Below are positions 9,448 through 20,235 of a stretch of DNA of 64,000 nt, piece after piece; positions within the stretch are counted from its first letter, which is position 1, and each line of letters begins with the position of its first letter. The position numbers and the translations under genes were made by a program. This DNA comes from Lentisphaerota bacterium (GTDB lineage: Bacteria > Verrucomicrobiota > Kiritimatiellia > CAIQIC01 > Lenti-01): contig JAAZBB010000039.1 in NCBI GenBank assembly GCA_012514035.1, positions 2,137 to 66,136 on the forward strand, read 5' to 3'. Below the pieces are notes generated by a model. That model saw nothing but the letters and a program-made list of their open reading frames with translations. It had not been told where the DNA came from and did no database searches.

Positions 9448-10236
9448 ATGAAGATCAGCATCCTCACGGTCAATCGCAACGGGGCGCGGTGGCTGGCGCG
9501 TTGCATGGATAGCGTCCTCGCGCAGGAACTTGCCCCCGGCGATGAACTTGAATATCTGTTTCTCGACGGCGGGAGCACCGACGGCTCGCTCTCCATCGCC
9601 GAAGTCCGCCGCGACCATTTGGCCGCCCTCGTGAGCGAACCGGACAACGGTCCCGCCGAAGCCCTCAACAAGGGATTCCGCCTGGTCACGGGCGACTTGA
9701 TCGGCTGGCTGAACGCCGATGACGTCTATGGTCCCGGCACCCTTGCCCGAGCCCTCACAGTCGCCAAGGCTCATCCTTCGGCCGGCTTCTTTTTCGGCCC
9801 ATGCCGCATTGTGAACGAGGCCGGTCGGGAAATCCGCCGCTTCCCGACCTTGGTGAAAAACAGTTGCTTCCCGTTTTCGAGCCGCTTCCTGCTCCAATGC
9901 ATCAACTATGTTTCCCAGCCAGCCTCCTGGTTTCGGCGTGCGGCGCTCGAAGCGGCCGGAGGCGGGCTGCGAACGGACCTGAAGGCGGCGTGGGACTATG
10001 ACCTGATGCTGCGTCTCTGGCGGCAGGGCGGGGGCGTGCGCATTCCCGGCGGGCCGCTGGCGGATTTCCAATGGCACCCCGCCTCGATCGGCGGCACCCA
10101 CTACGAGCGCCAGTTCGCGGAGGAATGGAAGCTCGCCGCCGCCGATGCCGGCCGCTTCTCCCCCCAGGCCGCGATCCACTGGGGCGTCTGGCGCGGCATT
10201 GTCGCCTGCTATCGCCTGATGAACCGCAGGGCATAA
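9448..10236 (+). CDS. Family 2 glycosyltransferase.
   Basis: N-terminal ISILTVNRNG...LDGGSTDGS motif, a DxD-type GT-A fold signature. Confidence 0.8.
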   Translation: MKISILTVNRNGARWLARCMDSVLAQELAPGDELEYLFLDGGSTDGSLSIAEVRRDHLAALVSEPDNGPAEALNKGFRLVTGDLIGWLNADDVYGPGTLARALTVAKAHPSAGFFFGPCRIVNEAGREIRRFPTLVKNSCFPFSSRFLLQCINYVSQPASWFRRAALEAAGGGLRTDLKAAWDYDLMLRLWRQGGGVRIPGGPLADFQWHPASIGGTHYERQFAEEWKLAAADAGRFSPQAAIHWGVWRGIVACYRLMNRRA

Positions 10237-10659
10237 AACCGGCGCAGAATGACCGTGGCGGCGCCGCCGTCACGCCTTGGCGAAAATCAAGGACGAGCGC
10301 AAGGTTGATCACGCCGCTATGTGCGGAACGGGCCTATTTGCGATTCACTGCATTTCTGGAACAAGAGGGGCACCCGCCGTGTTGCCCGCTTCGGAATCGG
10401 CGACCAGGTCAGAAACCGAACAGGTCGGCGCCTGCCTCTCCCGAACGGCCGCGTGGCGCGACGCACTGGTCGTCGAACATTTCTTCCATGGTGTGGTCCC
10501 GCAACGGCCGGTTCCGCGGCGTGGAACCGCCGACGCCGCAATCCGGCGACGGGCGAGATGCTCCGCACAATTTCGAAAAGAAGTCACCAGGCCTGCAAAG
10601 GCAAGCAAGCATCGCCAAACGTTCAGCACCCCCGCCATGTCGCTCCGCGGCACAGGTCA

Positions 10660-10760
10660 TGTTTAATTAAACATAGTCGCATGATACACTCAATTTGTAG
10701 TGGATTCAGTCATAATAGAGTTCATTATTAATTAACTGTGGGATATTATATCGGCCCCAA
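10660..10760. promoter_or_regulatory. AT-rich island of about 100 bp inside a 750-bp non-coding gap. It contains a perfect 16-bp palindrome ATGTTTAATTAAACAT and a second TTAATTAA core.
   Basis: Sharp local drop in GC within a 65%-GC background. Palindromes read directly from the sequence. Confidence 0.35.
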
Positions 10761-10985
10761 AGGCATTGATGTCCGACTTGTCCGGAAGGCGGCTTGCCGG
10801 GTGTCGGAGCCGTGAGTAGGGGGGGCGTGCCGTGCAAGGGCGGGCCGACGGCACCGGCTTATCTGGGCTGACTGATGAATGTTTTTGCTCTGCTGTGGCC
10901 GCCCCGCTGGCCGCGGACTGTCGGTTCCAGGGTAGGCTTCGTCGGGAGGGATTATGGAAAATCGCAATCCGCCGTGGCCGGTTCG

Positions 10986-13900
10986 TCAGGGTTCGGAGGC
11001 GGGCTGGTCCGGTTCCGGCAGGGGATAGTCCGCCGGGTTGGCGGGCGGGGTATAGATTCGGCACCAGGCGTCATGCAAGGAGAACAAAATGGCTTTTTCC
11101 TTTTCGGTCCATTGGGCGGTGTAGCGGCGGGCGTGATCGCGGCTGATCCAACAGCCAGGTACCCGCGCAACGGTCGCGTTGAAAATCTTCAGGGCTTGTT
11201 CCTTTTGGCCGGCGGCCCAGTAGGCGAGCGCCAAATGATGGTCTCCGTTCGGGGGGACGGCCTCGTCCAGTTCTCCCATGATTTCCCACTGACGTGCGGC
11301 CTGGTCGTATTCGCCCAGGTTCAAGAGGGCCCAGCCGTAGCTCCAACGGATGTTGGCGACGTCGGGGGCAAGCCGGATGGCTTTTTCGAAATCGCGCCGG
11401 CTGGCTTGGGCATCGCCCCGCATCGCGTAGAGAAAGCCGCGCCAGTGGAGCGCGTTGACGTCATTGGGATTCTTGTCCAGGCGCTCCGTGAAGAAGTCTA
11501 TCTTGGAACGGGGCCGCGGCTCAACGACGCGCGTCGATCGCAACTCCTCGCGTTTACGCGGTTGCTCCTTTGGCGCAGTTTCCGCATTGTTGGCCGCCCG
11601 TGCAAGCGCGCGTTGCCGGCGGCGTTCTGCATAGGACAATCGGGGCTCTGCGGTGGAGCCTTCCGTCGGGACAACCACTTCGTAGCAGGCAATGTCCTGG
11701 TCGATGACCAGCGCCTCGACGCCTTTCCCGGATGGGGCCGGCCGGAAAATCCAGGATCCGCGACAGGCCTGTTCCAGAAGAATGCGTCGTTCCGCATCCA
11801 TGATTTTGAATCCGCCCCGGGAAGCCGTCAGCAGCAGGTCGCGGTTGGGGCCAATGGGCAAAGCGTAGAAATCATCGCGGAATCCACCGCCGGGGTCTTT
11901 TTGGTCCCAGCGCAGTTCGCCGGCATCCGACAGGCAGAGCGATTGCTGCCCGGCAGATCTGAAACTGCGTCCACCGGTATCCGTCTTTGCCACCTCATAG
12001 AGGGATCGGGTGCCGATGGCGCAACCGTGACTGCCATCCTGCAAAAAGACAAAGGAAAACCGGCCGCTTCCCAGGCTTTCTTTGATATCCCTGGCCTCCG
12101 GCGGCAGCGGGATCGTGTGCAGGAGGGTGCCGTCGTCGGCTCGATGGATGAATAACGTGCGGTCGGACGTCAGTGCGAGATGGCGGGGCGGAATGCGCCA
12201 GTCGATTCTGCCCCGGATATAGGATTGGGCCATATGGTCATCGAGTTCCTGCTTCCATTTCAGGCGGAAGAAGCGCGTATCGGGTGGGATCGGGGTGCGG
12301 GTGAAGCCGCAGCGTACTGCCCGCCGCGGGGTCCGGTTGCTGGAGACATCGGCTGGCGCTGACAGCGAGGGGAAATCGCCGGGCATGGGAGCTGGTTTCG
12401 ACACGGCCTCCGTTTTCGCAGCGGCTTTCCACTTTTTCCGGGGGGCGTCGGCCAGTTGTTTTGCTGAGAAGCGCTGGATGCGGGCGAGATAGGGGCTGGT
12501 GGATTGGACGTTGCCGCCGACCACGAATATGTCCTCGCCCAATTGCGCCAGGGCCGCATGCCGGGCCGGCTTGTAGCCGAGGTCGATCCGCGCCCATTTC
12601 TTCTTTTCGAGATCGCAGACGACCGTGCGGTCCAATTCCTCGTAGTCGCCGAACAGATAAAGTTGGCCGTCCAGCACGCAGCCGTGGTACGCGCTGGTCT
12701 TGACGGGCAGCTTGGGCAGTTCGCTCCATTTGTCCTCGGCCGGATCGTAGACCTGGAAATCGCGGAGGGCGGTGGTGCCATCATAGCCGCCTGGGGCGTA
12801 AATTTTGCCGCCCGATTCAAAGACCTGGCCCTCGCGGGCCACAGGGAGATCGGCGCCGCGGGTCCAGGTTTCGGTTTCGATGTCATAGATTTGCACTATC
12901 TTGAAGCGCGGCTCTTCCTCACCTTGAGCGCCGCCGATGACAACCAGCCGGTTGCCCACGACCGCCGCGCCGGCCCGGGAGACTGCCACCGGCAAGTCCG
13001 GCAGCGCCCGAATCGTGCCCGTGGCCGGATCGTATTCCTCGCAGGAAGCGGTCATGATGATGTCGTCTTGGCTGTCGTCCAGCATCAGGCCTCCGACGAT
13101 ATAGATTTTTCCGCCGCCGGCCGCGCCCGCAAAGAAGCGGCGCGGGCGGATGGTGGCGGGCAACGTCTCGGTCGTGTGGGAGTCGGCCGAAAACCGCTCG
13201 ATGGTGCCGACCATGCCGCGGTCGGAATGCCCGCCCAGGACATAGATGGCGTCGTCCACCGCGGCGGCCAGCGATCCAAACCGCTCCGTGGCCAAAGCCA
13301 GCGGTGGCCCCTCCGGACGGGCCTGGTCGAGATAGCGTTCCAGCGTCACGGCCAATCCGCGGTCTGCTGGGTCCGTGGCGACGGCTTTCTTTTGGTATTC
13401 GATGGCCGCGGCGGTTTGGCCGGCGTCCCACAGCGCGCGCGCATAGGTATCGAGGATGTCCGCGCGCTTCTCTTGGGTGGCCTCCAGCACCTTCTTGGCG
13501 AGGTGCGTGGCCAGGGGAATGTCGCGTTCTTCGATCCCGGGGTGGGTCAGGATGGTCCAGGCGATGGCATTCAGATTGTCCGGGCTGTTTATGTCCATCT
13601 GTTCGATTTTCCGCGCCAGGTCAGCAGCCTTTTCGCGATCCCCGTTTGGGCCGACGGCCTCCAGGTAATCCTCGTAGGTTTCTGCGATCCGGCGGGATTC
13701 CGCGGCTTCCCGCCGTTTCATCGCCGCGCGTTCCCGGGCCCGGGCCGGATCAAAATCTCCATCCGCGATTTCCCGGAGGATTTCCTCCAACCCGCTCATC
13801 GGGTGGCCGATCCAGGCGATCGCGCCTTGGTGCACGACGAAGGCCGCGGGGATGCCGCGCTGGCCGGCCGCCTGCATCCACTGCTTCGCCATGAATCCAT

Positions 13901-14285
13901 CTTCGGTATCCATGGCGACGCGATAATCCATCTGGTCGCCCATTTTTTCCACGAAGTCGGCCACCTTGTCTGCCGGTTTCTCGCCGCGTTCCCACACGTT
14001 CATGCCGATGAACATCATGTTCGTGAACTTGTGCGCCAGTTCGGTCAGGCGGGGGATGGAGGCGCGGCACGGCGGGCACCACGTCGCCCAGAACTCGACC
14101 ACACAAGTTTGTTCCGGCTCGAAGCCGGACACGGCCTCGCCCTTGATCCATTTGGATGCCTTCAGTGCGGGTACGGAAGAACCAACGGACAGGTTCGCCG
14201 TCTGCTCGCCGACCTGGGGAATGGCCAGGACGAGCGAGGGCAGGAGCGCCAGCGGAATTCGCAGCAAAGATAAGGGTTTTTTCAT
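10986..14285 (-). CDS. Large secreted multidomain protein of 1100 aa. The domain order is signal peptide, TlpA-like thioredoxin (WATWCPPC), TPR repeats, a Kelch beta-propeller, a second propeller-like region, and C-terminal TPR repeats.
   Basis: CxxC thioredoxin motif and six Kelch-like blades (YVLGG, IYIVGG, LVVIGG, IYAPGG, LYLFG, IFVVGG). The start was placed at MKKPLSLL (14285), which gives a clean signal peptide. Confidence 0.75.
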   Translation of the reverse strand: MKKPLSLLRIPLALLPSLVLAIPQVGEQTANLSVGSSVPALKASKWIKGEAVSGFEPEQTCVVEFWATWCPPCRASIPRLTELAHKFTNMMFIGMNVWERGEKPADKVADFVEKMGDQMDYRVAMDTEDGFMAKQWMQAAGQRGIPAAFVVHQGAIAWIGHPMSGLEEILREIADGDFDPARARERAAMKRREAAESRRIAETYEDYLEAVGPNGDREKAADLARKIEQMDINSPDNLNAIAWTILTHPGIEERDIPLATHLAKKVLEATQEKRADILDTYARALWDAGQTAAAIEYQKKAVATDPADRGLAVTLERYLDQARPEGPPLALATERFGSLAAAVDDAIYVLGGHSDRGMVGTIERFSADSHTTETLPATIRPRRFFAGAAGGGKIYIVGGLMLDDSQDDIIMTASCEEYDPATGTIRALPDLPVAVSRAGAAVVGNRLVVIGGAQGEEEPRFKIVQIYDIETETWTRGADLPVAREGQVFESGGKIYAPGGYDGTTALRDFQVYDPAEDKWSELPKLPVKTSAYHGCVLDGQLYLFGDYEELDRTVVCDLEKKKWARIDLGYKPARHAALAQLGEDIFVVGGNVQSTSPYLARIQRFSAKQLADAPRKKWKAAAKTEAVSKPAPMPGDFPSLSAPADVSSNRTPRRAVRCGFTRTPIPPDTRFFRLKWKQELDDHMAQSYIRGRIDWRIPPRHLALTSDRTLFIHRADDGTLLHTIPLPPEARDIKESLGSGRFSFVFLQDGSHGCAIGTRSLYEVAKTDTGGRSFRSAGQQSLCLSDAGELRWDQKDPGGGFRDDFYALPIGPNRDLLLTASRGGFKIMDAERRILLEQACRGSWIFRPAPSGKGVEALVIDQDIACYEVVVPTEGSTAEPRLSYAERRRQRALARAANNAETAPKEQPRKREELRSTRVVEPRPRSKIDFFTERLDKNPNDVNALHWRGFLYAMRGDAQASRRDFEKAIRLAPDVANIRWSYGWALLNLGEYDQAARQWEIMGELDEAVPPNGDHHLALAYWAAGQKEQALKIFNATVARVPGCWISRDHARRYTAQWTEKEKAILFSLHDAWCRIYTPPANPADYPLPEPDQPASEP

Positions 14286-14571
14286 GGGGCGATTCCTTGC
14301 AGGGGGTGGCAGGATCTCGGACCGCTCCATTAAACTCGAAATCCGACCACGAATCAAGCCGATGCAGCCGGTTCCCTTGTCCGCCTTTTCCTGCGGGCTG
14401 AGGATTGAAGCTGCAACGGCCATACTGAAACACGCGGCACATCCGCACACCCCGTCGCAGAGGCGCCCGGCTGGCCGGCGGCGGGTTTTCCATCTTTACG
14501 GGGCCGGGTAGACGTGGGATTATACCGGCAATTCAGCGCGCCGCCGTGCTGGATGATCGAGGAGTGTATTC

Positions 14572-16791
14572 ATGAAACCCATGTTGTCGGAGCCGGAAAT
14601 CCATGCCATCATTTATGGCATGCACGGAGCCCCGTTCACGCTGCTGGGCATGCACGAGACAGGGGCGAAGAAGCCGGGCGTGGTGGTGCGGGTGTTCCGG
14701 CCCTATGCAACCAAGGCCGAGGTGATCCGCGCGGCAGACGGGACGGCCGTCGAAATGCCATGCATCCACGAGGACGGTCTCTACGAACTGTTTTTCCCGA
14801 ACGAACAGCCGTTTGCCTACCGGCTCCGGCTGACATGGTTCGACGGGACAACGTCCGAGCTGGAAGATCCGTATCGCTTTCCGCTGCAGTTGACGGACCT
14901 GGACATGTATCTGCTGGGGGAGGGGACGAATTTCAAGGCCTACAACAAGATGGGGGCGCATCCGTTGACGCTGGATGGCGTGGCGGGGGTGCACTTTGCG
15001 GTGTGGGCGCCCAATGCCATCCGCGTGAGCGTGGTGGGCTGGTTCAACAACTGGGACGGGCGCATCCATCCCATGCAGCAGCGGGGCAGTTCGGGCCTGT
15101 GGGAAATCTTCATGCCGCATCTGAAACCCGGCGATCTCTACAAATTCGAGGTCAAGGGCCACCAGGCGTTCCTGGCGCAGAAGGCGGATCCCTACGCGTT
15201 CGCCTCCGAACTGCGGCCGCGCTCGGCCTCGATGGTGTGGAACCATGAGGCCTACGAATGGAATGACGCCGCCTGGATGGCGCAACGCCGGCAGATCCAC
15301 TGGCTGGAGTCCCCAATCAGTGTGTACGAGGCGCATCTGGGGTCCTGGCGGCGCAATCCCGACGAGAATAACCGCATGCTGACCTACCGCGAGCTCGCGG
15401 ACACGCTGATTCCCTATGTCCAGAAAATGGGCTATACCCACATTGAACTGCTGCCGATCAGCGAACATCCGTTCGACGGCTCGTGGGGCTATCAGACCAT
15501 TGGCTACTACTCGCCGACCTCCCGGTTCGGCAATCCTGACGACTTCAAGCATTTCATCGACCGGTGTCACCAGGCGGGCCTCGGGGTGATCCTCGACTGG
15601 GTGCCGGCGCATTTCCCGAAGGACGGGCACGGATTGGCGTACTTCGACGGCACGCACCTCTACGAGCACGACGATCCGCGCCTGGGCGAACACAAGGACT
15701 GGGGCACCTACATCTTCAACTACGGCCGCAACGAGGTGCGTTCGTTCCTGCTCTCCAACGCGATCTTTCTGGCGGACGTCTATCACATTGACGGCCTGCG
15801 GGTGGATGCCGTGGCTTCCATGCTCTACCTCGACTATTCCCGGAAGGAAGGCGAGTGGATCCCCAATAAATACGGCGGCCGCGAAAACCTCGAGGCCGTG
15901 GATTTCCTTAAGAAATTCAACGAGCTGATCCATGTGGAGTATCCCGGCTTCTTGACGTTTGCGGAGGAATCCACGGCGTGGCCCATGGTGTCCCGCCCGG
16001 TCTACCTCGGCGGCCTGGGCTTTGACCTGAAGTGGAACATGGGCTGGATGCACGACACCCTCGATTACATTCACAAGGACCCCCTCTTCCGCAAATACCA
16101 CCACCAGGAAATGACCTTCTCGATGATCTATGCGTTCACCGAGAACTTCATTCTGCCCTTCTCGCACGACGAGGTCGTCCACGGCAAGGGGGCCATGCTC
16201 TCCAAGATGCCGGGCGACATGTGGCAGCAGTTCGCGAACCTGCGCCTGCTGTATGCCTATATGTACGCCCACCCCGGCAAGAAACTGACCTTCATGGGCA
16301 TGGAATTCGGCCAGTGGCGCGAATGGCAGCACAACGAAAGCCTCGACTGGCACCTTCTGCAGTACGACTCCCATGCCGGCCTGCAGCGCCTGGCGCGGGA
16401 TCTCAACGAGATGCTCAAGGGCTTCGGCTGCCTGCACCAGATCGATTTCTCCTGGGAGGGCTTCGAGTGGATCGACCTCAACGACTGGGAGAACAGCATG
16501 CTCTTCACCCTGCGCAAGGGCAAGGACCCGGACGACCTGATGGTCTGCGGATTCAACTTCACGCCGGTGCCCCGTGTCGGCTACCGGATGGGCGTGCCGC
16601 GCATGGGCGTTTACGAGGAGGTGCTCAACACCGATGCCACCATCTACGGCGGCAGCGGTATGGGCAATCCGCGCTTTGTCCGGGCCGAGCCGCAGGAGTG
16701 GCAGACCCGGGCCCAGTCCATTCCGGTGGTCGTGCCGCCGCTGGGCGCCGTCTATTTCCGCTACCGCCCCGAGATGAAGGGGCAGGTCTAG
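14572..16791 (+). CDS. glgB: 1,4-alpha-glucan branching enzyme GlgB.
   Basis: GH13 branching-enzyme blocks ([28 protein letters not shown]). A GAGGAG Shine-Dalgarno lies upstream. Confidence 0.9.
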   Translation: MKPMLSEPEIHAIIYGMHGAPFTLLGMHETGAKKPGVVVRVFRPYATKAEVIRAADGTAVEMPCIHEDGLYELFFPNEQPFAYRLRLTWFDGTTSELEDPYRFPLQLTDLDMYLLGEGTNFKAYNKMGAHPLTLDGVAGVHFAVWAPNAIRVSVVGWFNNWDGRIHPMQQRGSSGLWEIFMPHLKPGDLYKFEVKGHQAFLAQKADPYAFASELRPRSASMVWNHEAYEWNDAAWMAQRRQIHWLESPISVYEAHLGSWRRNPDENNRMLTYRELADTLIPYVQKMGYTHIELLPISEHPFDGSWGYQTIGYYSPTSRFGNPDDFKHFIDRCHQAGLGVILDWVPAHFPKDGHGLAYFDGTHLYEHDDPRLGEHKDWGTYIFNYGRNEVRSFLLSNAIFLADVYHIDGLRVDAVASMLYLDYSRKEGEWIPNKYGGRENLEAVDFLKKFNELIHVEYPGFLTFAEESTAWPMVSRPVYLGGLGFDLKWNMGWMHDTLDYIHKDPLFRKYHHQEMTFSMIYAFTENFILPFSHDEVVHGKGAMLSKMPGDMWQQFANLRLLYAYMYAHPGKKLTFMGMEFGQWREWQHNESLDWHLLQYDSHAGLQRLARDLNEMLKGFGCLHQIDFSWEGFEWIDLNDWENSMLFTLRKGKDPDDLMVCGFNFTPVPRVGYRMGVPRMGVYEEVLNTDATIYGGSGMGNPRFVRAEPQEWQTRAQSIPVVVPPLGAVYFRYRPEMKGQV

Positions 16792-16815
16792 AAGCGTGTT
16801 GACAAGGTTCCGAAC

Positions 16816-18186
16816 ATGAAGAAATTCACTGGGAGCATCAAATGGCTGCTGGTGGCGGCCGTGCTGGCCGTCAATCTGGCCGTCGGCGCTCGTCTCTATT
16901 CACAGGAGACCGCCGCGGCAGAGGCGGAAAAGGCCGGGACAGACTCGCCCTACGAGATGTACACGCTGTTCTCGAAGGTCGTGGAGCAGGTGCGCGCCAA
17001 CTATGTGGACGGCGAAAAAAGCACCTATCAGGAGCTGATCCACGGCGCCCTCAACGGCATGCTGCAAGCCCTGGACCCCCACAGCCAGTTCATGGACGAG
17101 GATGCCTTCAAGGCGATGAAGGAGGATACCGCCGGCAAATTCGGCGGTCTGGGCATCACCATCGGCATCAAGGACAGCGTCCTGACCGTCATCGCCCCGA
17201 TGGAGGACACCCCCGCCTTTCGTGCCGGTCTGCTCTCGGGCGACAAGATTCTCGAGATCAACGGCGAGAGCACCGAGGGCCTGTCCCTCGAGGATGCGGT
17301 CAAGAAGCTGCGCGGCGATCCCGGCACGACCGTCAAGGTGAAGATCTTCCGGCCCCGGACCCAGCTGGTGAAGGAATTCGAGCTGGAGCGTGCCATCATC
17401 AACGTGCCCAGCATCAAGGATACCCGCGTGCTCGACGGGGGCATTGGCTATGTCCGCATGCTTCAGTTCGGCGAAGATACCTCGGCCGACCTGCAGAAGG
17501 CCCTGGACGAACTCCAGTCGCAGAAGGTGCGGGCCCTGGTGCTCGATTTGCGCAGCAATCCCGGCGGGCTGCTGACCGCGGCCGTCGAGGTGGCCCAGAA
17601 GTTCCTCCGGCGGGGAAGCCTGATCGTTTTCACCCGCGGGCGGGACAACCGCCTGGAACGCGCCTACCGCGCGCGGGCGAGTAACACCTTTCCCAGCGTG
17701 CCCATGGCCGTGCTCATCAACGGCTACAGCGCCAGTGCTTCCGAGATCGTTGCCGGCGCCCTGCAGGACAACCAGCGCGCCATCCTCGTCGGCGAAAAGA
17801 GCTTCGGCAAGGGCTCGGTCCAGAGCGTCCTGCCGCAGGACGGCGGCACCGCCATCCGCCTGACCACCGCCAAGTACTACACGCCCAGCGAGCGGGTGAT
17901 CCATGACAACGGCATCGAGCCGGACATCGTCGTGCCCATGTCCGTGGAAAACTGGCGCAACATCATCCTGGCGCGCAACCGCGCGGAGGAAACCAACGGG
18001 GTCCATGCCGTGACGGCGGACAACGAGGGCTGGGTGGCGGAGGACGGCATGGAACCCCTGCCAGGTCTGGAATCCGACGCGCGGGTCAAGCAGGAGGAAG
18101 ACGTGGATTTGGACAACGTGGCCGACCCGCAGCTTGAACGCGCCTGCGACATGCTCCGCGGCGTCCTGGTGTTCCAGAAGCGCTGA
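16816..18186 (+). CDS. ctpA: Carboxyl-terminal processing protease (S41 family, PDZ-containing).
   Basis: Signal peptide, a PDZ domain and the S41 catalytic region (GYSASASEIVAGAL, FGKGSVQS). Confidence 0.85.
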   Translation: MKKFTGSIKWLLVAAVLAVNLAVGARLYSQETAAAEAEKAGTDSPYEMYTLFSKVVEQVRANYVDGEKSTYQELIHGALNGMLQALDPHSQFMDEDAFKAMKEDTAGKFGGLGITIGIKDSVLTVIAPMEDTPAFRAGLLSGDKILEINGESTEGLSLEDAVKKLRGDPGTTVKVKIFRPRTQLVKEFELERAIINVPSIKDTRVLDGGIGYVRMLQFGEDTSADLQKALDELQSQKVRALVLDLRSNPGGLLTAAVEVAQKFLRRGSLIVFTRGRDNRLERAYRARASNTFPSVPMAVLINGYSASASEIVAGALQDNQRAILVGEKSFGKGSVQSVLPQDGGTAIRLTTAKYYTPSERVIHDNGIEPDIVVPMSVENWRNIILARNRAEETNGVHAVTADNEGWVAEDGMEPLPGLESDARVKQEEDVDLDNVADPQLERACDMLRGVLVFQKR

Positions 18187-18215
18187 CACCCCGCCCCGGA
18201 TGGACGGGCGCGCCC

Positions 18216-19277
18216 ATGATCGTTCTCGGCATCGAAACCTCCTGCGATGAAACCGCCGCCGCCGTGGTCCGTGATGGCGTGGATGTGCTGTCGTCCGTGG
18301 TCAACAGCCAGATCGCAAGCCACCGGCCCTACGGGGGCGTAGTGCCCGAGATTGCCTCGCGCGAGCATGTGGGCAGTTTTCCGGTTGTCGTGGCCGAGGC
18401 CATCGCGCAAGCCGGCGTCGGCTGGAAGGAAATTGATGCCGTTGCCGTCACGCATGGCCCGGGGCTGGTCAGTTCGCTGCTGATCGGGCTTTCGGGCGCA
18501 CGCGCCCTGGGACAGGTGCTGGGCAAGCCTGTCTGGGGCGTGAACCATGTCGAGGCGCACATCGCCGGGATTTTCCTGGATCCCGACGCGCCCGCGCCCG
18601 CCGAGGCCTGCCCGTTGCTGGTCCTGATGGTCTCGGGCGGCCATTCCTGCCTCGTGGAAATGCGCGCCCTGGGCAAGTACCGCCTGCTGGGGCAGACGCT
18701 GGACGATGCTGCCGGCGAGTGCCTCGACAAGGGCGCGAACCTGCTCGGCCTCGGCTATCCCGGCGGACCCGTCATCGAACGCGCCGCACAGGGCGGCAAC
18801 CCGGCCTATGTGAAGTTTCCGCGTGGCCTGGAGCATGCCAAGAACCGCACGACGGAAAACGGGCTCGACATCGAAATGTGCTTCAGTTTCAGCGGCCTCA
18901 AGACGGCCCTGCTTTATCACCTCAAAAAACATCCCGGCGATCTGCCCGGGCATCTGGCGGATTTGGCGGCCAGCTATCAGGAAGCCGTGATGGATTCGCT
19001 GGCCCTCCGCGTCGAACGGGCGCTGGTGGCCACCGGGGCCCATACCCTGGCCTGCGTGGGGGGCGTGGCCCGGAACGCCGTCCTGCGCGCCAAGCTGGAG
19101 GCCATGGCCCGGCGGCACCGGGCGCGGCTGCTCCTGACCCCGCTGGCCTACTGCACGGACAACGCCGCCATGGTGGCTGCCATCGCCGGCCTGCGCCAAC
19201 TCGCCGGCATCGGCAACCCGCCTGCCCTCGAAGCCGACCCCAGCCTCCCGCTGGTGGAGGAGGAACAAAATTCCTAA
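18216..19277 (+). CDS. tsaD: tRNA N6-adenosine threonylcarbamoyltransferase TsaD.
   Basis: N-terminus MIVLGIETSCDETAAAVV and the Kae1/TsaD HxxxH region. Confidence 0.9.
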   Translation: MIVLGIETSCDETAAAVVRDGVDVLSSVVNSQIASHRPYGGVVPEIASREHVGSFPVVVAEAIAQAGVGWKEIDAVAVTHGPGLVSSLLIGLSGARALGQVLGKPVWGVNHVEAHIAGIFLDPDAPAPAEACPLLVLMVSGGHSCLVEMRALGKYRLLGQTLDDAAGECLDKGANLLGLGYPGGPVIERAAQGGNPAYVKFPRGLEHAKNRTTENGLDIEMCFSFSGLKTALLYHLKKHPGDLPGHLADLAASYQEAVMDSLALRVERALVATGAHTLACVGGVARNAVLRAKLEAMARRHRARLLLTPLAYCTDNAAMVAAIAGLRQLAGIGNPPALEADPSLPLVEEEQNS

Positions 19278-19366
19278 ACGCAAAAGATCCAAGCGACGCA
19301 GAAGTTTGCCATCGGAATGATGTTTCCGGCGCTTGCGTTTCCCTTGCGTCCTTTGCGCCGTTTGCG

Positions 19367-20143
19367 TTAATCGGTTCTGGGTTCGGATGCTTTCCACTCG
19401 ACGGGTTGGCCGTCGATTTCCCACTTCACGAGTGTGGCTCGCACCGGGCCGAAGCGGGAAACGATGTCGGCAAACAACACGGCCGGCCGGGCGGTCGCAA
19501 CCCAGACGGATTCCGGCCGGTTGCGTGAAAACAATGCCGGGGATTTGGAACGCGCCTCAACCGGCACCGCTTCCATCCGCCCGAACGGCGTGCGCAGGGT
19601 CTTGGCGGCTGCGGTCGTGATTTCCAGCCCATGGATGGCGCCGTCCATGACGAGCTGATAGTCGCCGCCGATCTGCATCGCGCCGTTGGCGGCAAATACC
19701 TCGCGCAGGTCGAAGAAAAAAGACACCAGGTCGCGCGAGCCCTTGGGAACCATCGTGTGGCGGACGGTTTTCCGCAGGGCGTTGCTCCAGACCGCCCGGC
19801 CCAGGTCCGGCCACAGCACCAGCGTGTCGTCCTGCCGGAATGTATGCTCCTGCACCTTCTTGTGGACGGTGTGGCGCGGGCCGTCCTCCGTGGCTTCGAT
19901 CCGGCAGGTGATCACCGTATCCACGGGATACACCAGCGCGATCCACGGCCGGTTCCACAGACGCAGCGTGCGCACCCGGTCTCCGGGTTCGTTCGTCTCG
20001 CCCGCGAGGGTCATCGTGCCCACGGAGATCCCCACCCAGGTGATGTTGTATTCCATGAACTCGGTGCCGGCCGCGGCGGCGGCGGAACCGCCCGCCAGGC
20101 ACGCAACGCATCCCAGGCCGCAGATGAAACGGATCAGGTTCAT
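19367..20143 (-). CDS. Hypothetical secreted protein, possibly DUF3108-like.
   Basis: Signal peptide followed by an EYNITWVGISVGTMTL block. The start is placed at MNLIRF. The family assignment is tentative. Confidence 0.45.
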   Translation of the reverse strand: MNLIRFICGLGCVACLAGGSAAAAAGTEFMEYNITWVGISVGTMTLAGETNEPGDRVRTLRLWNRPWIALVYPVDTVITCRIEATEDGPRHTVHKKVQEHTFRQDDTLVLWPDLGRAVWSNALRKTVRHTMVPKGSRDLVSFFFDLREVFAANGAMQIGGDYQLVMDGAIHGLEITTAAAKTLRTPFGRMEAVPVEARSKSPALFSRNRPESVWVATARPAVLFADIVSRFGPVRATLVKWEIDGQPVEWKASEPRTD

Positions 20144-20235
20144 GAATTGGCCCGCGATGATGCCGCAGCCATCCGCGGCTTGCAAGCACCGGGGCACCTG
20201 TGCAAATCTGCACCAGGATCAACAGGAGAGCAGCC

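Noticed and set aside
10240-10700. Protein-coding genes in the GT2-to-multidomain-gene gap (for example 10071..10670 + and 10345..10653 -).
   Set aside because: The candidates are overlapping, mutually exclusive ORFs with Arg/Pro-rich junk-like translations. No ribosome-binding site is present. The region is more likely non-coding, and is left open as a possible ncRNA or decayed gene.
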